From positions 1 to 64,000 of IMG/VR virus record IMGVR_UViG_3300035698_024626: a stretch of DNA of 64,000 nucleotides. One strand, 5' to 3'. Positions 29,743 to 38,999 of this stretch are shown here, piece by piece. The notes under the pieces are model-generated. The model saw only the letters and a list, made by a program, of their open reading frames with translations. It was not told the DNA's origin and did no database searches. The DNA is from a virus. Each line of letters starts with the position of its first letter. The stretch's first letter is position 1. The position numbers were made by a program, and so were the translations under genes.

Positions 29743-30339
29743 TTTTTAATCCTTTCCAAAAGACGATTCCACCAATACATACACTTAGCCATCAAACAAT
29801 AATATCGCCGTATACACCAAACTCCATCACGATAAAATAAACAATCGGGACTATTTTCAATCCCAGACAAACAGTTGCGGTCTTTACCCCGGTATACTGC
29901 TACACACCCGATTCGTTCGTCATAATGAATAACCTTTACTATTTCTTTTGGAGTCTTATTCATTTTCTTTCTCCCAGAACAACTCTTCCATCACCTGCTG
30001 AATAACCATCAATTTCCATTCCAGAGATAGGCCCGACAACAAAGTGAGTACCTCATCGCATTTTCCGTCTTGCCAATTAATCTGATTATACGAATTCTGA
30101 TACGTCACTTCTGGTACCCTTTCCATTCGTCAATCAATTTTATAATTTTACTCATGACGCATCGTGAATTATCAGCATCCCCAGCCATAAAACTCAATTC
30201 ATTGGAACAACGATCGCATAGATGGAAATTTATACCAAATTCAACAGGGCCGATGCGGTATTCCCATGTTGCGTCTTTGGTACAACATGATTTGCACATA
30301 GGTACGGGTGTGGTTTTATCTATGATATTTATTCTAATG

Positions 30340-31281
30340 TTATCCATTGGCCTTCATCCTTTTAACTGCTATTTTAAGGGTCGGTATGTTCCGTGGCGTT
30401 ATATCGTGTGGGTAAATCTCGATGAATGACGCCTCGGCAACCAGACCCTTTTGCAAACCTTCGCGTAACGAACCCCCAAAGCGGTGCGATTTCGCACCGC
30501 AAAGCATCTGAAACCCAACCGGATGTGGATATTGCTCGATTACCCTATACGGTACGAAAGTATCTAAGGGAATCTTAGCAGATAGCCAGTTCCCTTGAAT
30601 CCCCACTTTGTGTGTCTTGCAATATTTTACCACGTTGTAAATTACTTGTTCGGGAGTCCCAAAATTAACCGGCCTTGAAATTGCAACAGAAAGATGCTGT
30701 CTGGGAAATGCCTCGCGGAATATATCGATACATTGTTTCCATGCCCGAATTAGTGCAGTTTCGGTATAACTTCCCGAACAATACCAAGCAAATGAGTCTT
30801 TCTTCCCAGGTAAATGCATTTCGCCACCGGCCCCCGCCCCGGTAATCGCAACAATCCGCAGACATTTGTGACCTGCGTATCTTTTCCCTAATGCTCGAAC
30901 AAAACGACCCCACTCTGCAAGATATCCGGAATCCCAAGGAATTGGAATATGAACGCGATCATCACCAACTTCGATATTGTTGGCGAGAGCATATATCCAA
31001 TCAGGCGAATAAACCCCAGCCAATACCCGAAGCATAACTTTCCCGTCAGCCGCCGCCATTAGATCGTCAAGTTTTTCCCAACGAAAATCCCCACGATATG
31101 GCTCAAGGTCCGACCATCGAAGCCTTATGCTCAACCCATCGACACCGTTGTTTCCGTAGAGAATCTTCCTACTCCACGCAGCAGAGTGTCTTTCTGCGCC
31201 GAGAGAATAAATTCCGGCAAAACTCTCTAAACTTTCCAAGCCCATTAACCGTTGCCAAAATTTCGCCCACCATGTCATCAC
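30340..31281 (-). CDS. Glycoside hydrolase, clan GH-A TIM barrel (GH42/beta-galactosidase-like)
   Basis: LSIRLRWSDLEPYRGDFRWEKLD, YSPDWIY, PIPWDSGY...FVRALGKRY, GGEMHL. Confidence 0.7.
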   Translation of the reverse strand: MMTWWAKFWQRLMGLESLESFAGIYSLGAERHSAAWSRKILYGNNGVDGLSIRLRWSDLEPYRGDFRWEKLDDLMAAADGKVMLRVLAGVYSPDWIYALANNIEVGDDRVHIPIPWDSGYLAEWGRFVRALGKRYAGHKCLRIVAITGAGAGGEMHLPGKKDSFAWYCSGSYTETALIRAWKQCIDIFREAFPRQHLSVAISRPVNFGTPEQVIYNVVKYCKTHKVGIQGNWLSAKIPLDTFVPYRVIEQYPHPVGFQMLCGAKSHRFGGSLREGLQKGLVAEASFIEIYPHDITPRNIPTLKIAVKRMKANG

Positions 31282-31367
31282 ACATCTCCATCTTCATTTG
31301 GAACTATCCATGAAAAAATTGCAATTACTACACAAATTATCACTAAATCTGTCAATATCATCGTATA

Positions 31368-31787
31368 CTAACTACCACCTTCTATCATCTCTTTATGTTT
31401 TGAACACCCTGGCCAATGATAACTCAATTTAGCTTCTGCCATATCCGTTAAAAACCATTGGCTCTTTTGTTCTGACCACAGCCAATCAATTGACCATGCC
31501 CCAGGAATCTCGGCACCTACTTTACTGCTAAGCTGAGATAGCAAACCAATTTCATCTTTATCCTCTATATTCATCGCGTCAAGACGTTTTCTCCAACCTC
31601 CAATCGAGACTCTTGCATCGTCGAATACACTTGGAGGCCAATATGGATGATGGCATACCACTTTGGCGTCTTGCACAAAATATCGACGTTCCTTCACGAT
31701 AGGCATATTGCCACGAAATGCTGTGAAAGCAGCTATGGTCGGTATCATTGCTCTAGCTATCCAACAATCAGTCGGAAAACCCAGCAT
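31368..31787 (-). CDS. Hypothetical protein, possibly an ATP-grasp-like C-terminal fragment
   Basis: ERRYFV...WSIDWL...WFLTDMA; weak resemblance only. Confidence 0.35.
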   Translation of the reverse strand: MLGFPTDCWIARAMIPTIAAFTAFRGNMPIVKERRYFVQDAKVVCHHPYWPPSVFDDARVSIGGWRKRLDAMNIEDKDEIGLLSQLSSKVGAEIPGAWSIDWLWSEQKSQWFLTDMAEAKLSYHWPGCSKHKEMIEGGS

Positions 31788-32291
31788 GTCAGCTCCGGTC
31801 TAGCAGTTTTTTTGTAAGGTCATATTTGTATCACTCACTTCTTCTTCCTCTCTTTAATAGGGCTAGGCCGTGCTCTTGGTTTTCTTCACTTTCCAATTCA
31901 TTTCATTTTCTCTTTTTGTAAATTAGGGTAAATTACGACGGAAAATTTTCTGAAAAGCATCGCCGAGTCGTTGTTCTATTGCGTTCATCACATCACTAGC
32001 AACCTCGCCTTGTTTCTCAAACAACAGCGTTCCATCTAAAGTCCTAACATCTCCATTCCATTTATACGTACAAGTGGAGCGATGACACACACATGCCGTA
32101 ACTAATCCAAAATCCGCAACGTACATGCCTTCTTCTTCGTAAACCCATTTTCCTTTAGTCATATTGCTTGTTCCTTTTCTGCGGCTTCGATCACCTTATT
32201 ATACGTATAAATCGGCCATTTGTTTTGTGGCCCTCCGATTTTTTTTGGGGGTGATAAAGTGGGTTCCACCTAAAGGTTATGGGACGTGTTT

Positions 32292-32918
32292 CTAATTTTC
32301 ATGGTTCAAGATTTTTTGTATGGTCGATCGACAAACACCATAATTGTGAGCCAATTCCCTTTGACTCAATTTTGAAGCTTTAATTGCGAGGATTTGATCT
32401 GATGTAAATTTTCGACTATATGCAGGTATTTTTTTTTCACATGGATTGGGCACATGACCCCACACTGTTTTACCTCGTAGCGCCAAAGAAATGTTCGGTT
32501 GCGATACACCGTATTTCTTTGCTAACTGAGCCTGATTCATCTGCCCAGTACGATATAATTCACGCATTTCAACTACGTAAACCTCAGTCAATTTGCTTCT
32601 GGGGTGTTTTGAGCCGCGTATACTGCCAAGCCTGATCGTATCATCAGCATTCTCTCTGGATGTACCATATCTTAAATTCTCTGGGCGCGCATTGTTTTTG
32701 TCACCATCAAGATGCCGGCATTGTAAGCCCTTGGGCCTGGGTCCATAGAATGCTAAACAGACGAGCTTATGAACATAATGTTTACTATTCTGACGAACCG
32801 ATACTCTGGGGTAACCTTCTTTATTGTAGTTCCATTTCAAGATATAGCCCCTTAGACCCCAAATGTTCCCATCGGAGTCTGCAAAATAGCCAGGATACTC
32901 AGGAATCGCTTTCTTCAT
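32292..32918 (-). CDS. HNH homing endonuclease with C-terminal HTHs
   Basis: IPEYPGYFADSDGNI, VHKLVCLAFYGPRP...RHLDGDKNNARPENLRYGT. Confidence 0.9.
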   Translation of the reverse strand: MKKAIPEYPGYFADSDGNIWGLRGYILKWNYNKEGYPRVSVRQNSKHYVHKLVCLAFYGPRPKGLQCRHLDGDKNNARPENLRYGTSRENADDTIRLGSIRGSKHPRSKLTEVYVVEMRELYRTGQMNQAQLAKKYGVSQPNISLALRGKTVWGHVPNPCEKKIPAYSRKFTSDQILAIKASKLSQRELAHNYGVCRSTIQKILNHEN

Positions 32919-33330
32919 ATATAATTATACGTTCAAGTCGATCGTTTGTTTTGATTTTTTTTGGTCAGTTGTTGAAAACTACAAGGCGATTGATATGGTG
33001 GTCGGGAAAGTGTCACCCCCCTTTTTTTCTTCCTCCTTAGTCGGCGAAGTGCGAGAAAGAGTGTAAACGAAAAGTTGTAGGTCGTTTGAAAATGGAGCCT
33101 ACTATGTTTCGCACCCCTTACGTTATAGGACCATGTAATGTTATCGGAATCTATTTGTATTATACGCCGCCCCCTCCCACATCCAGGTTATCGGACTACC
33201 ATCCACCAAACCTACTTATAGGACTATCTTGCACAAGGTGAGTTATAGGACCATCGAGCATCCTGAGTTATCGGACTGTATCCTACCTTGCTGGACATTA
33301 TCGGACGAAAAATAAATCTTGGGATTCACC

Positions 33331-33359
33331 TTGACAATCGGCAACAGGGATCATATAAT
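33331..33359 (+). promoter_or_regulatory. Consensus sigma70 early promoter
   Basis: TTGACA-17 bp-TATAAT, perfect match, with A/T-rich sequence upstream. Confidence 0.9.
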
Positions 33360-33400
33360 ACATTGTAGAAACGAGGCTTTTATTATCGGAGGATAGAAAA

Positions 33401-33958
33401 ATGACTATGATACTGGGAAGCGCTGTTATGGTTGTTATCGGGGTTGTTTGGTTTAGGCACATAGCCAAAGACTTATAGGACGACAATGATGAAGACTTTA
33501 TTCGGACTAACAGGAATGGGGTTGGTTATCGGAACCTTGACCGCGATGGGGTTATCAGACCTGTTCGGACGTATGTTATCGGCGATGAGCATCTAGAACC
33601 GAATAACAAAGAGAAAGGTAGGTTATTATGAGACGCTTGCTATTGTTGGTATGCTTGGCTATAGGACCATGCTCTGTATGGGCCGATAACGAGGGAGTAG
33701 GGTTTATAAGCCCGATAGGAGGATATTATCAGGCGTGGAGAAGCAATGGGTAAAGCACGACTTGAAATTCCTAATTATGGGACGGCAACTGGATTCTCGG
33801 ACGTACTAGCTATGGGTTATGGGAGGTTACTTGCACTGACGTTATCGGACAATGAGGGATTCGTGGTTGTTACGTTATCGGACAGAAGCGAGAGAGTTAT
33901 CGGACGTGACGCTCTGACCGGCGAAATTACTATAGGACTTTTAATTAAGGAGCGATAA
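33401..33958 (+). other. Four tiny early ORFs (33401-33478, 33486-33596, 33628-33753, 33746-33958), first three hydrophobic
   Basis: MTMILGSAVMVVIGVVWFRHIAKDL; MMKTLFGLTGMGLVIGTLTAMGLSDLFGRMLSAMSI; MRRLLLLVCLAIGPCSVWADNEG...; each preceded by a purine-rich RBS. Confidence 0.55.
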
Positions 33959-34123
33959 TATGGGATCAATATCGGACATTGAAGCTAGACTGGAAAATTG
34001 GAAGATGCGATCATAATGTTATCGGACGGAGTTGAAACACTGGATTCTCGAACCTCGTCCGATAGCGACAAAGAATGTGGACATTATATTCGGACGCCTA
34101 ATATCGACGACTAGCCCGATAAC

Positions 34124-34164
34124 CAAAAGGAAGTAGGTTCGATTTTATCGGACCTTTTCCTTTG
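34124..34164 (+). terminator. Terminator-like hairpin closing cassette 1
   Basis: AGGTTCGAT-ttt-ATCGGACCT then TTTCCTTT. Confidence 0.6.
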
Positions 34165-34460
34165 CCCCGGCGAAACATTATAGGACGTTCGGCGATTCGG
34201 GATGTTATCGGACCCTTCTCGGTCGGGCATTATCGGACTTGAAACCGTAAGGTTATAGGACTATGCTGGGGGAAAAATTATCGGACGAGGCTGCGTTTAT
34301 CGGACCTGACGTATAATAGCTTACCCTGTGTGTTGTAGGGCATGTTCTGATAATATCGCAACAGGTCCGTTTTACTTAATTATGCGGACCAGGACGTTAC
34401 TTGCCGATAATAGCCGCGATTCTAGTCTAAAAACGCGGAAACTTTTTTCTCACATTTCAC

Positions 34461-34489
34461 TTGACGTTATACGATAACAAAGCTATAAT
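34461..34489 (+). promoter_or_regulatory. Sigma70 early promoter
   Basis: TTGACG-17 bp-TATAAT. Confidence 0.85.
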
Positions 34490-34535
34490 AGAGTATAGAA
34501 TCGAACGATGGATTATCAGACCTAGGAGAAACGCG

Positions 34536-34886
34536 ATGGGTAGGATTATGGGACGAACGGGAAGTCAAGTCTTATCGGACAGCGCCGCTCGTTATCGGCT
34601 GGCGCGTAGTCGGACGGTAAAATGCCAACATTATCGGCACGGTCCGAAAAACTGGGATTGTTGGGTAGTTGGGCCATTTCATAGTCGATATTATGGGACT
34701 ACTGGTTTTGGGACCACCCGAAGTAAGGCTAAAGTGGCACTTGAATACTTACTAGCCACAGAGTTCGGTTTTATCGGGCGACTAATGTTATCGGCAATCG
34801 ATTCCGCCGATAACGTAGGAATCCGTTATGGGGCGTTAGATACTCCGATAACGATACAAGATTTATTGGGACGTGCCGGCGCGTAA
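34536..34886 (+). CDS. Hypothetical early protein
   Basis: AGGAGA RBS then ATG 34536; the track start (TTG 34461) is actually the -35 box. Confidence 0.65.
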   Translation: MGRIMGRTGSQVLSDSAARYRLARSRTVKCQHYRHGPKNWDCWVVGPFHSRYYGTTGFGTTRSKAKVALEYLLATEFGFIGRLMLSAIDSADNVGIRYGALDTPITIQDLLGRAGA

Positions 34887-34895
34887 TATAGGACT

Positions 34896-34930
34896 AAGAA
34901 CCGGGTTCGATTTATCGGACCCTTTTCTTC
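34896..34930 (+). terminator. Terminator-like hairpin closing cassette 2
   Basis: GGGTTCGA-ttta-TCGGACCC then TTTTCTT; homologous to the 34124 hairpin. Confidence 0.6.
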
Positions 34931-35576
34931 GCGCCCATGACGATATTATCGGACCTGTGGGACGGCTGCATTATCGGACCTAAACCAGAGTAGATTTATC
35001 GGGCCTTTGAGCGGCAAGTTTTTATAGGACGTGACGTATAATCATTTGGCCTGTGTGCTCGTATCCACGTTTTTATAAGCCACGACCGAGAAAATCGATC
35101 ACCCTCACAGCCTTGAATCGGAACTATTATAGGACCGGCGGAGAAATATTATCGGACTACAGCCAGTTTTAGTTATCGGACGGAGCTGCCATTATCGGAC
35201 GTGGCTAAGAATCGTTTACTTCGTGTGATAATAACCCTCCATTTGACCAATTAAACGCCTCTTTTGTGTTATAGGGCGCATTTCTTATAGGATGTGGCCA
35301 ATAAAATCGATTTTTTGCCGGTTATAGGACCAAAACGGGCGATATAGGACTAGCATAACCAGTCTTATCGGTCGGTCCGGATAAAGGGTCCGAGAAAATA
35401 GCCCATTCTAGCCTAAAAAACGTGTATAGTTATGGGAATACGCGATTGTGGCGCGTGAACAGCGTTATTATAGGAGCCTAAAAAGGGACGTGTTTCCTAT
35501 AGGACCAGGACGTAGTTTGCCGATAATATCCCGCCTGGCGCTGTCAAAAACGGCGATTTTTCTTTTGTATAACAAT

Positions 35577-35605
35577 TTGACCCTCCCGTATAACTATGGT
35601 ATGAT
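35577..35605 (+). promoter_or_regulatory. Sigma70 early promoter with extended -10
   Basis: TTGACC-17 bp-TATGAT with TGn. Confidence 0.75.
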
Positions 35606-35824
35606 CTTATGATAAGAGAAACTGAGGTTCGATAATAAAAGGCGTTTTCGCGCCCGATTTATCGGACACCCGCCCCACGGGTGTTATGGGACGCAACCGT
35701 TCTGGTTATCGGTCCCACCTTAGTCCGAAAAAAAACTTAGTCTGATAACGCGATCTACTCGTCCTATAATCTGGGGCGGCGTAGTCACGGGTTATAGGAC
35801 GGGGTTCAGTTATGGGAGTCTACC

Positions 35825-36148
35825 ATGAGTGAAACCGATACCATGACCAGTCAGGCAACCGTTGTAGAGTTTGGTGCTGACGATCTGATTCGAGTCGCTA
35901 AGGCTTACGCTGAAGCCAAGCGTATTGTCGATGCCAGTAGTCGGTACGACAATCTCGAAGATGCTGTCGCTGCGCTTACCGAAGCGTGGGAACAGTTGGA
36001 GAGTCAGGCCAATAACGGCGGAAGGTACACTCCGGCTAAGGAGTTGGGGTTTGGGTCTGATAACGCGGCGACCATCGCTGATGCGTTATTGGGACGTAAG
36101 CCGACCGTCGGCGCTACTCGCAAGGCGTTTGCCGCATTGGGCAAGTAG
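35825..36148 (+). CDS. Hypothetical 107 aa helical protein
   Basis: GGGAG RBS; Ala-rich ORF between a structured leader and the candidate large RNA. Confidence 0.75.
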   Translation: MSETDTMTSQATVVEFGADDLIRVAKAYAEAKRIVDASSRYDNLEDAVAALTEAWEQLESQANNGGRYTPAKELGFGSDNAATIADALLGRKPTVGATRKAFAALGK

Positions 36149-36149
36149 T

Positions 36150-37480
36150 CCGCGTGTCTCTCGTACCGCGCTTTGGGTATAGTCACCGCTCCGAGCGCGG
36201 ACCGACAGACATGTTATAGGACCGTCCGGTAACGACGGACGTTATATGGCGCGCTAGACCGATAAGTCGCGCTGGTTCGATCTGTCAGTCGGGCACGAAG
36301 TCCGATAAGTGCGGGGGGGCGATTCGTTATCGCTAGAACCGTCAGTCGCGCAAAGCGTGCGGATTTAGTCAACGGATTATCGGTCTTAGGGTCTATAGTC
36401 TGTATCCGTCCGTGAGCACGTCTAAGCCGCTCATTCCGGGAGGTCGATATAGGCAGAGAGTCCGCGCCTAAGTCGGTGGAAACCGTCTTCGCGAATCATC
36501 TGGGGTAGCGCCTAGTGTGACGGATGTTAGTAGCGTAGTCCGAGCAAGTAACCGATGGTAAAGCGTGCTTTTTTTGACTCCGAAAATCGTCTAAGTAGGC
36601 TATTGGTCTGCCCTTCGCGGGTGGGGGTCGTAGTCAACATTCGTTTTTCCCTATATCGCAAATCGCCGTAGGGATAGGTCGTCAGGCGCGCCGCACGTCA
36701 ATTTCGTCACAACGATTTCACTGAACAATCTACAATCGCTCGACGCCAAATAGCTATGCGGCAAGGGCCGTTGGTTTAGTGGATAGTGTCGGAACTTCTG
36801 TTGTTCGTCTGATGCGACTGGTGTTTACCTGTAGCAAGGTACGTTCTGGTCGGGACGCTGAACGACTACGGCGCAACGGCGAGCGTAAAATCAGGTCAAA
36901 AACCGACTGTCCGGTCTGGTGGCACGCTCCGAAACACTCCGTTGTAAATCAAGACTTCATAGAAACCATCCACGGCGTGCGACTGGCAGTATCAGTCAGG
37001 CTGTGGGTGTAAGTCATATAAACTGTGTGCGCACCGAAAGGTGTGGGAGCAATTGGGTGGCCCGGCTAATAACTGGGGCGCTCAGTTGTCGATTAGGATC
37101 GGTGGGGATTCTAGTCAACTTTTCTGTAGGATGTACGACGATGAAAGCGGTCATACGGCCGCGAATAATCCCGCATCCGAAAGCTATGTTGTCGATACTG
37201 GTGAGACGGGTAGCCCCGCCGTAGCGCCGGGTTCAAGTCCCGGAAAGTCCAAGCCAGTTGCCAAGTATGGGGAAGTTCCCCAAGCGTTATCGACAGCATA
37301 GCCAGGCGCGCCTAGTGCTGATAAAGTCACAAAATTGGGTTTGGCCGACTGGGGAGTCGCAGACCTCTTAGGATGTGCTGGGCGCGTTTGGGTATGCTGT
37401 TAAGTATTAGGAGTGGTACCGAAGTTTCCCTAGTTTTTGAACGTAAGTTCATAATCGAGCGCGGGGTTAGCGTCACAATT
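36150..37480 (+). ncRNA. Candidate giant structured non-coding RNA (~1.3 kb; boundaries approximate)
   Basis: No ORF with a convincing RBS; GC-rich; many nested helices with G-U pairs (37183-37197/37288-37302, 37303-37318/37375-37390, 37049-37059/37079-37089), GNRA loops and a T-arm mimic. Confidence 0.65.
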
Positions 37481-38388
37481 ATCCTTCATATCTGTAGTTA
37501 CAAACTTTAGTTTTCACTCTTTCTTGTACCCCCTAGTTATCACACTACAAAAACTACACCCCTACAAAAACACACTTTAGGGGGTCACCAGAACACTTTC
37601 GGGGCGTTTTAATTAGTCTAGTCTTAGCGTGCATCTGTCCCAGGCGCGCCAAGAGAGAACTGTTCTGTAGCCTTTTTGGTGGTTGGTGCTCTTTTGCTTG
37701 TAGGTGGGGTATGGGGTAGATTGGATAAAGGGGGTTTACAGAGTCGTGAGAGCGGCTTCTGGCACTGCAAACAGACAATCGTCACCAAGTCCGTTTACCC
37801 CGTATATGTGGGATCGTCAACCACTCCGTGGGAATCTAAACCACTTTGTGGGAGTGAAGTACGATAGGGAAAAACACATAGTATCGTCGGATTCCGGTAG
37901 TATTATCTGTCGGGCAACAATACGTATTTCAGGGTACAAAAAATGCGACAAGAAGAGTACGAATATCACCTTGCTCTAAGATGGCACCAACTCAAATGGG
38001 CGGGTTGGGATATAGCCAAGTGGATTAGAGCGGGATGGTGTCCTCAACACGGAATAAGGTTTTCTCGCAAATGTCCCGTTTGCACAGAAATGAAAGACCG
38101 AACGGAAACCGAACAAAGGATGAATGTAAAATGAAACTTCGTAACATCTCTTTCTATAAGAATCCCCTCGATCTTGATATCCGACCGCACTTACCGGCAA
38201 CCAGTCCAATCCTCTATTACATTATTAATAGGAACATTATAGTAGGACATTTTCACAAAAAACACAAAAAACACGAATGGTATCTCTCGCTAGAACCCAA
38301 TGTAAGTATCTCCCCCAGTCTCGTAGTTAGCCTTTACGAACGACTCATATCTTCCTTGTCTTGCTATAAGTTACCATAATCCCGCCTG

Positions 38389-38477
38389 ACAGCGTGGCAA
38401 AATGCCCCTGGCGCACAATTGCCCAAGACCGAAATGGTCAAGGCTTGTGTTGATCCGGGGGTGTCTTGTTGCGCTGT
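38389..38477 (+). repeat. Structured hairpin element, copy 1
   Basis: ACAGCGTGGCAA...CCCAAGACCGAAATGGTCAAGGC...TTGTTGCGCTGT; homologous to 38637-38723. Confidence 0.75.
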
Positions 38478-38508
38478 TGTGTATAATCCACAGAAGGAGG
38501 TGAAAACA

Positions 38509-38637
38509 ATGGGAAAGAAACTATGGTTGTGTGCGTGTATACTAGCGCTGGCATCCTGCGGTTGTGTAGAGAAAAACGATTCGTGCCCCTACACAGAATT
38601 CTTTAGTAATCTACCCGGTTTAATTATCAGTGATTAA
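38509..38637 (+). CDS. Small putative lipoprotein
   Basis: AAGGAGGTG RBS; MGKKLWLCACILALASCGC signal peptide with lipobox-like end. Confidence 0.6.
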   Translation: MGKKLWLCACILALASCGCVEKNDSCPYTEFFSNLPGLIISD

Positions 38638-38723
38638 CAGCATGATAAAATACCCCTGACTCGTAGTTACCCAAGACCGAAACGGTCAAGGCGACGGTAG
38701 TCGGGGGTATCTTGTTGCGCTGT
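38637..38723 (+). repeat. Structured hairpin element, copy 2
   Basis: ACAGCATGATAA...CCCAAGACCGAAACGGTCAAGGC...TTGTTGCGCTGT. Confidence 0.75.
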
Positions 38724-38999
38724 CTAGGGAGAAAACTGATGATCGAAGCTGTAAAAATATTGCGAGCCCTCATCGCTGAATCGCCGAAGAAAGAGATAGG
38801 CTCCCCCCCCTTGGTGCATTGAGGCGAAGCATGGGTAATAATTACCTGATTAATTGTATAGGGTTAATCATCAAGGATTGCGTTAAAAAGTGGCCCGATA
38901 CAGCTGAGTTTCTGGAAGAGATAATACGTCAAGCGAAAAAGTAGGAGATTTCGTCCCGAAGGCTGCAATCTAGTCCACGCATCCTAGCCAGTTTGACGT

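Larger units (their letters stand above)
33123..36386 (+). repeat. Dense polarised array of the 9-mer TTATNGGAC
   Basis: Hand count of about 35 exact copies on + and 2 on -, plus dozens of one-mismatch variants; often 20-30 bp apart. Confidence 0.95.

Noticed and set aside
33123-36386. CRISPR array
   Set aside because: The repeat is only 9 bp, spacing is irregular, copies run through ORFs, and no cas genes are visible
36779-37301. ORFs 36779-37012, 36919-37224 and 37041-37301
   Set aside because: GTG starts without a convincing RBS, mutually overlapping, and coincident with extensive RNA helices
36150-37480. Group I/II intron, tmRNA or RNase P RNA
   Set aside because: No interrupted gene and no catalytic-core or terminal consensus recognised by eye; needs an Rfam scan to exclude fully
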